A stretch of DNA of 64,000 bases from an uncultured Candidatus Rokubacteria bacterium (GTDB taxonomy: Bacteria; Methylomirabilota; Methylomirabilia; Rokubacteriales; DASRDR01): contig CAWDVE010000017.1 of NCBI GenBank assembly GCA_963805625.1, positions 352,001 through 416,000 on the forward strand, given 5' to 3'. Made by a program: the position numbers and the translations under genes. Positions 31,906 through 41,715 of this stretch are shown in pieces. The stretch's first letter is position 1. Each line of letters opens with the position of its first letter. A model generated the notes under the pieces. The model saw nothing but the letters and a program-made list of their open reading frames with translations, did not search any database and was not told the origin of the DNA.

Positions 31906-32841
31906 ATGGCTCGAATCGAGGTCTCGGTGGTCCTGCCGGTCCTCGATGAGGTTCAGAGCCTGGGCGTCCTCCACCGCGAGCTGACCGAGGTGCTCGAGCG
32001 CCTCGGTCGGTCCTACGAGATCCTCTTCGTCGACGACGGCAGCCGCGACGGTTCCTTCGAGCGGATCGAGAAGCTTCAACTCGACGACCCCCATGTCCGC
32101 GGCGTGCAGCTCAGGCGCAACTTTGGCAAAGCCGCTGCCCTGGCCGTGGGCTTCCGCGAGGCGCAGGGAGACGTCATCGTCACCCTCGACGCCGATCTCC
32201 AGGACGATCCCGCAGAGGTGCCGAAGCTCCTCGCCCGCCTCGAGGACGGCTTCGACCTCGTGTCGGGCTGGAAGCAGGAGCGCCAGGACCCGCGGTCCAA
32301 GACCTGGCCGTCCCGGCTGTTCAACTGGGTCACCGGCGTCCTGACCGGGATCCGGCTCCACGACTTCAACTCGGGCTTCAAGATCTACCGCCGGGAGGTG
32401 GTGCAGGAGATCCGCCTGTACGGAGAGCTTCACCGCTTCATCCCGGCGCTCGCGGCCTGGCGTGGCTTCCAAGTGACCGAGATTCCCGTGCATCATCGCG
32501 CGCGGCGATACGGCCGGACCAAGTTTGGTTCGGCCCGGCTCTGGCGAGGGTTCCTGGACCTCCTGACGGTCCTGTTCCTGACCCGGTACACGCGGCGGCC
32601 GCTTCACCTCTTCGGAGGGCTCGGCCTGATTGCATGGACCGTGGGGTTTGCGGTGAACGCGTACCTCACCGGGATCTGGCTGTCGGGCGTGCAGCCGATC
32701 GGGCACCGCCCTCTCCTTGCCTTCGGCGTGCTCAGCATGCTCGTCGGCGTGCAGTTCTTCGCCGTCGGTCTCCTCAGCGAGCTGGTGCTCAGCTACCAGA
32801 CGCGGACCGACGACGTCTCGATCCGGCGTCGACTGGATTGA
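31906..32841 (+). CDS. GT2 polyprenol-phosphate glycosyltransferase (DPM1/GtrB/ArnC-like)
   Basis: SVVLPVLDE, FVDDGSRDGS, RNFGKAAAL, TLDADLQDDP, HDFNSGFK, LYGELHRFIP, two C-terminal TMs. Confidence 0.92.
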   Translation: MARIEVSVVLPVLDEVQSLGVLHRELTEVLERLGRSYEILFVDDGSRDGSFERIEKLQLDDPHVRGVQLRRNFGKAAALAVGFREAQGDVIVTLDADLQDDPAEVPKLLARLEDGFDLVSGWKQERQDPRSKTWPSRLFNWVTGVLTGIRLHDFNSGFKIYRREVVQEIRLYGELHRFIPALAAWRGFQVTEIPVHHRARRYGRTKFGSARLWRGFLDLLTVLFLTRYTRRPLHLFGGLGLIAWTVGFAVNAYLTGIWLSGVQPIGHRPLLAFGVLSMLVGVQFFAVGLLSELVLSYQTRTDDVSIRRRLD

Positions 32842-33437
32842 TCGCCGAAACCCAGCGGAGCGATAACAAAGGGAAGTATCGGTCGAAGAATCCGATCGTC
32901 CGGCATCTGGTGGGGCGCTTCCTCCACCGGGTGTCGGAATTGGCCGCTGTAGAGCGCCCTCGCCGCATACTGGAAGTCGGCTGCGGCGAGGGCATCGTGT
33001 TGGCAACCCTGGCAGCGCGCCTCCCGGGGGCGCAGCTCGACGGGCTCGAGCTCGATGAGACGGCGCTGGAGGAAGCGCGCACGCGCTGTCCCGGCGCCAC
33101 GCTCGTGAGAGGGGACGCATGCGCGCTGCCCTTCGGGGACCAGAGCTTCGACCTCGTGGTGTGTCTCGAGGTCTTGGAGCATCTGCCCGAGCCGGCTCGC
33201 GCACTCCGGGAGCTTCGCCGGGTCGCCCGGGCCGGATGCCTCCTCAGTGTGCCGCATGAGCCATTCTTTCGGCTCGGCAACCTCCTGCGAGGCAAGAACG
33301 TCACCCGGCTCGGCGACCCCACGGACCATCTCCAGCACTGGGGGGCGCGAGAGTTCGCCGCATTCTGCGGGCGCGAGCTTGCCGTCCGCATCCGCACCGG
33401 GGCCTTTCCCTGGCTCATCGTCTACGGGACGGTCTGA
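32838..33437 (+). CDS. Class I SAM-dependent methyltransferase
   Basis: ILEVGCGEG, GDACALPF.D.SFDLV.C.EVLEH; TTG start overlaps the GT2 stop. Confidence 0.88.
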   Translation: MIAETQRSDNKGKYRSKNPIVRHLVGRFLHRVSELAAVERPRRILEVGCGEGIVLATLAARLPGAQLDGLELDETALEEARTRCPGATLVRGDACALPFGDQSFDLVVCLEVLEHLPEPARALRELRRVARAGCLLSVPHEPFFRLGNLLRGKNVTRLGDPTDHLQHWGAREFAAFCGRELAVRIRTGAFPWLIVYGTV

Positions 33438-35106
33438 GAGAGCCCTCCGCCTCGGGCTTCTCCTCGTTCTGGTCCTCGGTCTGGCGCTCCGGGCGTGGAG
33501 CGCGGCGTACGGCCTGCCGGACCTCTACCATCCCGACGAGCCGCGGATCGTGGAGCGGGCAATTCGCTTCCACCAGGGTGACCTGAACCCGAGGTTCTTC
33601 AACTGGCCCAGCCTGTACATGTACGTGATGGCCGGCGTGTACGGGCTCGCGTTCGGCGCGTCCCCTGGTGGCGTGGCCGCGGCGTTCGGCCGGGATCCGG
33701 CGCTCTTCTACCTCGTCGGGCGCCTGGTCACGGCGCTGTTCGGCACCGCTACGCTCGCCATCCTCTATTTCACCGGCCGGATGGCCTATGGCCGCGCGGT
33801 CGGGATCCTGGCGGCGGGACTCCTCGCCGTCGATCTCCTTCACGTCCGCGATTCTCACTGGGTCACGACGGACGTGCCGCTCACCTTCCTGATCACGCTC
33901 GCGACCTTCCTCGCGCTTCGCTACTGGCGGGACGGGCGCCTCGCCGATGCCGGCGCTGCCGGGCTGGTGGCAGGCCTGGCCACGTCGATGAAGTACCCGG
34001 GCGGCCTTGCCTTCCTCGGGCTCCTGGCTGCCCATGCCGCGCGACGGCCGGCCTGTCCGGCTTGGCGCCGCGTCGTGGGGCGGGACACCGTCGCGGCCGC
34101 CGGCCTCGCGGCTGGAGGCTTCGTCCTGGGGACGCCGTTCGCGCTGCTGACGCCGGTCGCGTTCGCGCGAGGCGTGTTTGACGAGCTCCGCGAGGTCCAC
34201 ACGGTGCAGTTCGGGAACGAAGCGGACGCTCCCGGCTATCTGTTCCACCTCGCCTACTCGCTGCCGGAGGCCATGGGCTGGCCGCTGTACCTCCTGGCTC
34301 TGGCGGGCCTCGGGTGGGCGCTCGCCCGACGCGGCGCCCGCGAGGCGGTCCTCCTCGCGTTTGCCGTGCCGTATCTCCTCGTGATCGTTAGCTGGAGCTC
34401 CCGCTTCGAGCGCTACGCGATCCCGCTCCTGCCGTGCTTCACACTCCTGGCCGCGGTGGCGCTGATCCGGGGCGTGGCCTGGCTGTCGGCGCGGGCGCGG
34501 CTCGTTTCGGGGCCATGGCCCGCCATCGCGCTGGCGGGAGCCGCGATGGTGCTCCTCGCGCCGGCGCTCGCGCGGGTGGCCGCCTATCACCAGCTGCTCG
34601 CGCAGCCGGACACTCGCGAGCTCGGCTCCGGCTGGGTCGAGCGCCAGGTGCCGCCTGGGGCGCGGATCGCGCTGGAGCCCTATAGCCTGATGCTGCCCGT
34701 CGCCCGCCGGCAGCTCCGCGAGGCGCCCGGCAGCCTGGGGCATCTGCAGCAGGCTCGTCCGGAGACCCCGACGCCGGAGTCCACCGGGCGGGAGGACGGC
34801 TACTGGCTGGTGCGTCTCGACACGTATGATCTCGACCGGCTGCTGGGAGACGGCGTCCAGTACGTGGTCCTGTCGGGCTTCGTGTACCAGCGTCACCGCC
34901 AAGCCTGCGATCGTCATCCGGCCCCGTGCCGCTTCTACGGGGAGCTCGAGGCCCGGTCGCGGCTCGTCTTCAGCGCCTCACCCGGCGTCGAGGACACCGG
35001 GCTGACCGTCGGCGACATCTATTCGCCGCTTACGCGGATCCGCGAGCGCCGGCACCCGGGCCCGCCGATCCGGATCTACCAGCTCCCGGCCGGAGGCCCG
35101 ACATGA
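33424..35106 (+). CDS. GT-C membrane glycosyltransferase (ArnT/PMT-like)
   Basis: TM1 then HPDEP acidic motif, NPRFFNWPSL, GRLVTALFG, SHWVTTDVP, GLATSMKY, RYAIP, DTRE; start codon not evident (ORF open from 33247, hydrophobic TM1 begins about 33445). Confidence 0.82.
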   Translation, partial: TGRSERALRLGLLLVLVLGLALRAWSAAYGLPDLYHPDEPRIVERAIRFHQGDLNPRFFNWPSLYMYVMAGVYGLAFGASPGGVAAAFGRDPALFYLVGRLVTALFGTATLAILYFTGRMAYGRAVGILAAGLLAVDLLHVRDSHWVTTDVPLTFLITLATFLALRYWRDGRLADAGAAGLVAGLATSMKYPGGLAFLGLLAAHAARRPACPAWRRVVGRDTVAAAGLAAGGFVLGTPFALLTPVAFARGVFDELREVHTVQFGNEADAPGYLFHLAYSLPEAMGWPLYLLALAGLGWALARRGAREAVLLAFAVPYLLVIVSWSSRFERYAIPLLPCFTLLAAVALIRGVAWLSARARLVSGPWPAIALAGAAMVLLAPALARVAAYHQLLAQPDTRELGSGWVERQVPPGARIALEPYSLMLPVARRQLREAPGSLGHLQQARPETPTPESTGREDGYWLVRLDTYDLDRLLGDGVQYVVLSGFVYQRHRQACDRHPAPCRFYGELEARSRLVFSASPGVEDTGLTVGDIYSPLTRIRERRHPGPPIRIYQLPAGGPT

Positions 35107-36566
35107 TCGGGTCTACGCGGGTGATTCCGGCCGCGTTCCTGGCGGCGGTGGGAGTGACCGCGCTGCGGCCGATCGACGACGCCGACTTCTGGTGGCTGCT
35201 CCGGGCCGGGCGCTACATGGTCGAGACCCGGAGCTTCCTCACCGCCGACCCGTTCTCGGCGACGGCGCAGGGCGCGGAGTGGCTCAACCATGCCTGGGGC
35301 TTCGAGCTCCTCGTCTACGGCCTCTACGCCCTCGCTGGCACGTCGGGAGTCATCCTCCTCCAGGGGCTCGCCGCGTCGGCGACCTTCGGGGTGCTCTACG
35401 GTCTCCTCCGGCGGGAGGGCGTGGGGCGGGGATGGTCCCTCGGCCTCCTGGGCCTTGGCGCCCTGGCGACCCACGGGTTCTGGTCGCCGCGCCCGCAGCT
35501 GGTCACCTACCTCATCTTGGCCCTCTTCGTGCGGGTCCTCGCTGACTACCAGGTCGGGTGGCGGAACCGCCTGTGGTGGCTCCCGATCCTGACGGCCGTG
35601 TGGGCGAACCTGCACGCGGGGTTCCTGGCCGGGCCCGCGCTCGTGGCCCTGTGCGCGGCCGGCGAGCTCGTCGGGTGGGCGCTGGGCGACGACACCGGGC
35701 GGGCCGGCGGCCTCGCCCGCGCGCGGGTGCTCGCGTTCTGGTCCGCGGCGAGCGTCGCGGCTTCGCTGGCGAACCCGTTCCACTACCACGCCGTCCTGTT
35801 TCCCTTCCAGGTGATGGGGGAACGGTTGTCGCAGGCGTGGATCATCGAGTGGGCTTCGCCGCCGTTCGGACACCCGCAGGTGCTCGTTCTCCAGCTGATG
35901 CTGGGCCTGATGCTGGTCCTCGCCCTGGGGACCGCGCGGCCGATACCGTGGCGCGATCTCGTCGTGCTGGTGCCGCTCGTGCACCTCGCGTTCCAGGCGA
36001 CTCGCAACACGCCGCTCCTGGTGATTGTCGCGACGCCGATCCTGGGCCGGGCGGTCGCCTCGTGCGCCGGGGCCCACTGGGCGCGCCTGCCGGGTCTCGG
36101 CCGGCGCGCGGTCGCGGCGGGGGCGCTCGGCCTCGTCCTCTCCGCGTGCAGCCTGGTGGCGGGCTCGCGCCAGCCTGCCCAGGTGTGGAGCGCGTTCCAC
36201 CCGGCCTTCGGTGTCGCCGACACCCTTCCGGCCGGTGCAGTGGACTTTCTTCGCCGAGAGGGTCGCCGGGGTACGCTCTGGAACGAGTATGTCTGGGGGG
36301 GCTACCTGATCTGGCACCTCTATCCGGAGCTCCGGGTGTCGATCGACGGCCGGATGGCCGTCTACGGCCCGGTACGTTTCCGGGAGCACCTGATCGTGTC
36401 CGAGCTGGAGCCTGGGTGGCAGGACGTCCTGGCGCGGCTCGACGTCAACGCGGCGGTTGTACGGAGCGGGTCTCCCTTGGTGTCGGCGCTCCGCGCCGCG
36501 GGCTGGGTGGTGCGCTACCAGGACCGGGTCGCGACCGTGCTCGGCCCTCCGGGGCGGACCGGATGA
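35103..36566 (+). CDS. Polytopic membrane protein, putative GT-C glycosyltransferase (paralogue 1)
   Basis: DADFWWLLRAG, DPFS, WLNHAW, RPQLVTY, WANLHAGF, NPF, IIEW.SP, RN.PL, YVWGGYLIW, IDGR. Confidence 0.7.
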   Translation: MIGSTRVIPAAFLAAVGVTALRPIDDADFWWLLRAGRYMVETRSFLTADPFSATAQGAEWLNHAWGFELLVYGLYALAGTSGVILLQGLAASATFGVLYGLLRREGVGRGWSLGLLGLGALATHGFWSPRPQLVTYLILALFVRVLADYQVGWRNRLWWLPILTAVWANLHAGFLAGPALVALCAAGELVGWALGDDTGRAGGLARARVLAFWSAASVAASLANPFHYHAVLFPFQVMGERLSQAWIIEWASPPFGHPQVLVLQLMLGLMLVLALGTARPIPWRDLVVLVPLVHLAFQATRNTPLLVIVATPILGRAVASCAGAHWARLPGLGRRAVAAGALGLVLSACSLVAGSRQPAQVWSAFHPAFGVADTLPAGAVDFLRREGRRGTLWNEYVWGGYLIWHLYPELRVSIDGRMAVYGPVRFREHLIVSELEPGWQDVLARLDVNAAVVRSGSPLVSALRAAGWVVRYQDRVATVLGPPGRTG

Positions 36567-38221
36567 GCGCCGGGCGGGCTGCCCGCGGCACGCTCCTCGC
36601 CGTCACTCTCCTGGTCGTGGCGACGATCGCCCTGTCCTCGCTGACGGTCTTCGACTTCTGGTGGTATCTGGCTTCCGGTCAGCGCATCCTCGCGATGCGC
36701 TCGGTGCCGGCGACGGATCCCTTCTCCTACACGGCCGAGGGCCGGCCGTGGATCAACCACATGTGGGCCACGCAGGTGCTGTTCGCGCTCCTCTGGGAGC
36801 GCTGGGGGCGGCTCGCGCTGATCGGCCTGAAGACCGCGACCGTGGTGGCCACCTTCTGCGTGGTCCTGGGGACGATGCGCGCCCGCGGCGTCCACCCGCT
36901 CCTGGCGTCGGCGGTGACGGTTCTGGCGGCGTGGACCGGCGCCGAGTTCTGGCATGCGCGGCCTCAGACCTTCACGTACCTGTTCGTGGCGATCCTGATC
37001 TGGCTCCTGCGGCCCGGGTGGGAGCGCCGCCCCGTCACGCTGGTCCTCGTGCCCGCGCTGGTGGTCCCCTGGGTCAACTTCCACGCCGGCTTCGTGATGG
37101 CGTTCCTGGTGATCGGGATCGCAGGTCTGGGCACCGCGGTCCCGCTGCTCGTCGACCCCGAGCGGCGCCGCGCCGGATGGCGCGTGGTCGGGCGCACGGC
37201 GTTCTTGGGGATGGCGGCGGCCGCCTCCAGCCTACTGAATCCATTCGGCGTGCGGGCGATCCTGTTCCCGCTCGAGGTCGTCCGCAGCGTGCCCTTCATG
37301 ACCTCGACGATCGAGTGGTTCCCCCCGAACTTCCACCACGCGGGCTTCCGGCCGCTCGAGCTCATGCTGCTCCTCCTGTTCCCGGCGTTCGCGTGGGGCC
37401 GGGGTCGGCTCAGCGCCGCCGACGTCGGGCTGGTCCTCGTGTTCGCGAACCTCGGGCTCACGTCGGTGCGGCATGTGCCCTTGTTCGCCATCGTGGCGGC
37501 GCCACCGCTTGCAGCCGCGCTCGGGGCGGTCATGGCCGAATGGCGTCGGGTCGACTGGGCCCGGATCCGTGACACCGTGCGGGGACGCCTGCCCTCGCTC
37601 GCGCCCGCGCTGACGGCGCCTAGCATGCCGGTGGTGGCCGGCGCCGTGCTCCTGCTGACCGCGGTGTCGGCGCACTGGGCCGGCATCGCCCGGGTGCCCA
37701 CGAACCCGCTTCGACTCGACCTCGAGGAGAGCCGGTACCCGGAACGGACCATGACCTTCATCAGGGAGAACCGGCTGCCCCATCAGCTCTTCAGCGTCTA
37801 TGCGTGGGGCGGATACGAGCTCTGGCGACTGTATCCCGAGTACCGGATGTTCATGGACGGCCGTACGCACGTGTACGGGCCCGACGTGCTCAAGGAGTTC
37901 TTGGACGTCGTCAACGTCAGCTCGCGCTGGCAGGTCGTGCTGGACAAGTGGCAGGTGCAGACCATCCTGGCGCTGCGCTCGTCGCCGCTCAGCGAGACGC
38001 TCCTGGCCCAGGGCGGCTGGCGGCTGGTCTTCACCGAGCGCGAGGCCGTCGTCTTCGTCCGCGAGACCGACGCGAATCGGCCGCTCCTGGCGCGCCTGGC
38101 CCGGCTGTCCCGCGAGGACGTCTCCGACGATTGGGTGGCAGCCACCGGCCATGGCGCCAGGCCCGCCGCCGCGGATGGGGGGGTCCTGGCCTGGGCGCCC
38201 CGCGAGGAGGGGATCCGATGA
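36563..38221 (+). CDS. Polytopic membrane protein, putative GT-C glycosyltransferase (paralogue 2)
   Basis: Same motif series as 35103: FDFWWYLASG, DPFSYT, WINHMW, RPQTFTY, WVNFHAGF, NPFG, TIEW.PP, RHVPLF, YAWGGY, MDGR. Confidence 0.7.
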   Translation: MSAGRAARGTLLAVTLLVVATIALSSLTVFDFWWYLASGQRILAMRSVPATDPFSYTAEGRPWINHMWATQVLFALLWERWGRLALIGLKTATVVATFCVVLGTMRARGVHPLLASAVTVLAAWTGAEFWHARPQTFTYLFVAILIWLLRPGWERRPVTLVLVPALVVPWVNFHAGFVMAFLVIGIAGLGTAVPLLVDPERRRAGWRVVGRTAFLGMAAAASSLLNPFGVRAILFPLEVVRSVPFMTSTIEWFPPNFHHAGFRPLELMLLLLFPAFAWGRGRLSAADVGLVLVFANLGLTSVRHVPLFAIVAAPPLAAALGAVMAEWRRVDWARIRDTVRGRLPSLAPALTAPSMPVVAGAVLLLTAVSAHWAGIARVPTNPLRLDLEESRYPERTMTFIRENRLPHQLFSVYAWGGYELWRLYPEYRMFMDGRTHVYGPDVLKEFLDVVNVSSRWQVVLDKWQVQTILALRSSPLSETLLAQGGWRLVFTEREAVVFVRETDANRPLLARLARLSREDVSDDWVAATGHGARPAAADGGVLAWAPREEGIR

Positions 38222-40257
38222 CCGCGCGCGGCGCGGTCGACGCCGTCCAGGTGGGGGCCGCGAGTGCCGGCGGCGAGCGCGTGCTGGGGCTGTTCCTGCG
38301 CGCCCTGATGGCCGCCCGGAAGTCGCTCAGCCTGTATCCGGCCGGGAGCGAGATCGCCTCGACCTGGGTCCGGCGGCTCCACCGTTCGCTGGCTGACTTC
38401 TTCCAGCAGGGGCTCTCCTTTCCCCTTCGCGTGGAGCCTGACCGCTTCGTCTGGGCAGGGCCGGACATTCGCACGGTCGAGCCCGCGCTGGAGGCTTTCC
38501 GGTTCGACCTGGAGAGCCGCGGGATCCGCGAGCTCGAGATCGATGCCGCCGTCGAGGAGTGGGAGCTCCAGGCCTTCCTCGAGCTCCTGAACATGCCGGG
38601 CGGGGAGCTCCGGCAGCTCGGGGGAGCCAGCGGATTCCTGTCCACCCGCGGAGTCCTGCGGGTCCGCATCGGCGCTCCCGGCGACGGCGAGAAGAGCGAG
38701 GCCGACACGAGCGAGGTTACCCGGCGGGCCCTCCAGACCGGCCGGGACGCCGTGGACTTGTTCGTCGAGACGGTCGTGGGGCTCGTCGAGACCCGGTTCG
38801 CGGACCTCACCTATGACCGGACCGCGCTGATCGCCTGGCTCCAGGACACGGCCACCGTGGGCCCCGACCGCCTCTACGCGGCAACGCGGATGATCCACGG
38901 TCTGGTCGAGCAAGCGCCGGATCGAGAGGTGAGGACCCGGACGCTGGTCGAGGCGCTGCTGGGCCTCCCCGAAGAGCTCCTCCGGCCCTTCTTCGCCGAC
39001 CACTTCATCCCGTTGGCCGGGCGCGATGTCCTCGCCCTCAACCTCCTCAGTCAGATGACCGAGGACGAGATCCGTCACGTGGCGGCGCGCCTCGTACCGC
39101 AGGAATCCCTCCTGGCGCTGAGCTCGGAGCTCCTCGAGTTTCCATGGGAGGAAGTGCAGCGCCGCCGCCTGGTCGAGGCGATCACGTCCGCGGTCCGGGC
39201 GGACGACTCGCCGAGCCTCCTGGGGGACGAGGGCGTCGTGCTCGAAGCCGACGATCCCCTCGTTGTGGAGCTCCGTGAGGAGATCCTGGCGTCGTGCCAG
39301 CCGGACGTCCTGCTCGAGCGCACCGCCCAGATCCTGCTCGCCCTGATATTGAACGTCGAGGGCGAGGAGCACGGGACCTCCGCCGCGGATGCCCTCGAGG
39401 AGATTCTGGGCGAAGCCCTCGCCCGGGGGCGGCTTGAGCTGGCCACGCAGGTGCTGTCGACCCTCGAGGAGTCCGTCCAGGCGAGCGGAGGGCAGAGCCC
39501 CGAGCGCGTCCAGCACCTCACCGTCCTCCAGCAGCGCCTGGGCGGGCGCACGCACGTCGCCCTTCTGGGTGGACTGCTGCGTCAACACGGCGGCAGCGAG
39601 CGGCAACTGGCCCTGGTCGCCCGGTACCTCGGTCTGGTCGCTCGCGAGGCGATCCAGGGGTTCACCTCGCTCCTGGCCGATGAGCGCGACCGCCAGGTTC
39701 GGGCGAGAATGTGCCAGGTTCTCGCCAAGGTGGGTCCGTCCATCGTGCCGACGCTCGTGGAGTGGCTCGAGGATTCGCGGTGGTTCCTGGTGCGCAATCT
39801 TGTCCACGTCCTGGGCAAGATCGGCGACGAGGCCGCATTCGGTCCGGTGGTGACACTCCTCGGCCATCCCCACGTCCGGGTGCGCATCGAGGCGGTGCGG
39901 GCGCTCGTCCTGATCGCCCCGACCCGCGCCGCGCTGCCGATCCTCCCGTTGTCGAGGGACGTCGACCCGGAGGTTCGGCTGGAAGCCGTCCGCGCCCTCG
40001 GAGCGCTCCGGCGGGACGAGGCCGTACCGGTCCTGCGGGACGTCGCGGCCGGGGCGGCGGGCGTTGCCGACGTCCCCCTGCGCCGAGAGGCCGTCGAGGC
40101 GCTGGCGGCGATCGGGACCGCCGGCTCCTGCGAGGCGCTGGCGGGTCTGGCTCGACGCCGCGTCTGGCCCTGGAAGCGGACCGAGCGCCGGCTCCGTGAG
40201 ATCGCCGTGGTCGCGCTGGCGGCGCGGACGGAAGATCAGGATGCTCCCGATGAGTGA
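38218..40257 (+). CDS. HEAT/PBS-lyase repeat protein
   Basis: N-terminal LSLYP..S domain; C-terminal repeats LEDSRWFLVRNLV.VLGKIG, HPHVRVRIEAVRAL, DVDPEVRLEAVRALG. Confidence 0.8.
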   Translation: MTARGAVDAVQVGAASAGGERVLGLFLRALMAARKSLSLYPAGSEIASTWVRRLHRSLADFFQQGLSFPLRVEPDRFVWAGPDIRTVEPALEAFRFDLESRGIRELEIDAAVEEWELQAFLELLNMPGGELRQLGGASGFLSTRGVLRVRIGAPGDGEKSEADTSEVTRRALQTGRDAVDLFVETVVGLVETRFADLTYDRTALIAWLQDTATVGPDRLYAATRMIHGLVEQAPDREVRTRTLVEALLGLPEELLRPFFADHFIPLAGRDVLALNLLSQMTEDEIRHVAARLVPQESLLALSSELLEFPWEEVQRRRLVEAITSAVRADDSPSLLGDEGVVLEADDPLVVELREEILASCQPDVLLERTAQILLALILNVEGEEHGTSAADALEEILGEALARGRLELATQVLSTLEESVQASGGQSPERVQHLTVLQQRLGGRTHVALLGGLLRQHGGSERQLALVARYLGLVAREAIQGFTSLLADERDRQVRARMCQVLAKVGPSIVPTLVEWLEDSRWFLVRNLVHVLGKIGDEAAFGPVVTLLGHPHVRVRIEAVRALVLIAPTRAALPILPLSRDVDPEVRLEAVRALGALRRDEAVPVLRDVAAGAAGVADVPLRREAVEALAAIGTAGSCEALAGLARRRVWPWKRTERRLREIAVVALAARTEDQDAPDE

Positions 40258-41410
40258 CGCTCTGCGACCCGATCCCCAGCTCATCTTCACCTATGTTCAC
40301 GGCATGTTGCGCGCCGCCGGACTCTACCTGCCGACTCACCCCCAGACGCATCGGGCCAAGCAGACACTCTTCGAGGCGCTGACCGCCTATCTGGCCGGGC
40401 AGGGACGGCTGACCTATCGCTTCATGGGCGATCTCCTCGTGGCCAACGACCGCATCCTGCCGCGCGAGAGTCTCCTGTACCGGCGTTTCCTGGAGACCTG
40501 CCAGCACGAGCGCGGTCTCGGCGCCATCGCGTTCACGGCGGGTCTCGAGGATCGAGAGATCGACGCCCTCCTCGAGGCGCTGACCGAGGGGGTGGGCGCG
40601 TCGATCGGCGAGTGGACCTCCCGCCGTCGGCTCACCCATCTCCACCTAGCTCCGCCGAGCCAACCTGACCGGCAAAGTAGCGAGGGCATCGCACGGCGGG
40701 CCTATTACGGGTCGATCGAGGTGCTGCGCGACGTCGAATCGACGATCCGAGACCGCCGGGCTCTCAGCCTCGAGCACGTCGGAACGCTCCGCGTGTACAC
40801 CTCCACCATATTGGAACAGATGCTGCAAGCTCCTGGACTCGTGCTAAGACTGGCCAGCATCAAGTCGTACGATGAGTACACGCTGTATCATTCCGTCAAC
40901 GTCGCGGTGATCTCCATGGGGATTGGTCTCGCGCTTGGTCTTCCACACGAGCTCCTGCGGGAGTTCGGGATGGCCGGGATGCTCCACGACCTGGGGAAGA
41001 TCGCGATCCCGCTCGAGGTGCTACGGAAGCCCGGCCTGCTCGATGCGGAGGAGTGGCGGATCATGTGCCGCCATCCCGTGCTCGGGGCCGACCTCCTCGC
41101 GCGGCTCCCCGGGTCGAACCGGCTCCCGTTGATCGTGGCCTTCGAGCATCACATGCGCTACGACGGCAAGGGCTACCCGTTCGTCCGGGAGGGCTGGCGC
41201 CAGCACCCGGTGAGCCGCCTCGCGTGCCTCGCCGACGTCTTCGACGCGATGACGTCGCGCCGCGCCTACAAGAAGGCGATCCCGCTGGATCAGGTGCGGA
41301 CGTTCGTGCGCGATGAAGCGGGCCGCACCTTCGATCCGCGGCTGGTGAAGGTACTGGACCTGACGCTGCGAATGATGCGGGATCGAGTCCCCGAGCAGGT
41401 ATCTGCGTGA
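40250..41410 (+). CDS. HD-GYP cyclic dinucleotide phosphodiesterase
   Basis: YDEYTLYHSVNV, LHDLGK, HP..G, EHHMRYDGKGYP, ADVFDAMTSRRAYK. Confidence 0.92.
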   Translation: MSDALRPDPQLIFTYVHGMLRAAGLYLPTHPQTHRAKQTLFEALTAYLAGQGRLTYRFMGDLLVANDRILPRESLLYRRFLETCQHERGLGAIAFTAGLEDREIDALLEALTEGVGASIGEWTSRRRLTHLHLAPPSQPDRQSSEGIARRAYYGSIEVLRDVESTIRDRRALSLEHVGTLRVYTSTILEQMLQAPGLVLRLASIKSYDEYTLYHSVNVAVISMGIGLALGLPHELLREFGMAGMLHDLGKIAIPLEVLRKPGLLDAEEWRIMCRHPVLGADLLARLPGSNRLPLIVAFEHHMRYDGKGYPFVREGWRQHPVSRLACLADVFDAMTSRRAYKKAIPLDQVRTFVRDEAGRTFDPRLVKVLDLTLRMMRDRVPEQVSA

Positions 41411-41715
41411 GGGCGTGGGTCGACGCCGTCAGCCTCGCGGGCTCGACCCTCCGGGTGACCGCGCCGGGCCCCCTGCCGGCTGACCGGGGCACGCTGGCCG
41501 TGGCGACTGCCATCCGCGTGTTCGAGCGGTTCCAGGCGCTCGACGGCCTGGTTCTGGCCGGAGCGGATGGCGAGGTGACGGTGACGCGCGGCGACGTCGA
41601 GCGGCTGCTCGCTCCGGAGGGCTTCGCGGCGCTCCGCGAGCGGAGCCGGTGGCCCCAGGTGCTGGCGCGCGCTGTCCAGCGGTACGCCGCAGCCCACGCC
41701 GAGGGTGGGGCATGA
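41407..41715 (+). CDS. Hypothetical protein (102 aa)
   Basis: 4-bp overlaps with both neighbours; genome-like codon use. Confidence 0.6.
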   Translation: MRAWVDAVSLAGSTLRVTAPGPLPADRGTLAVATAIRVFERFQALDGLVLAGADGEVTVTRGDVERLLAPEGFAALRERSRWPQVLARAVQRYAAAHAEGGA

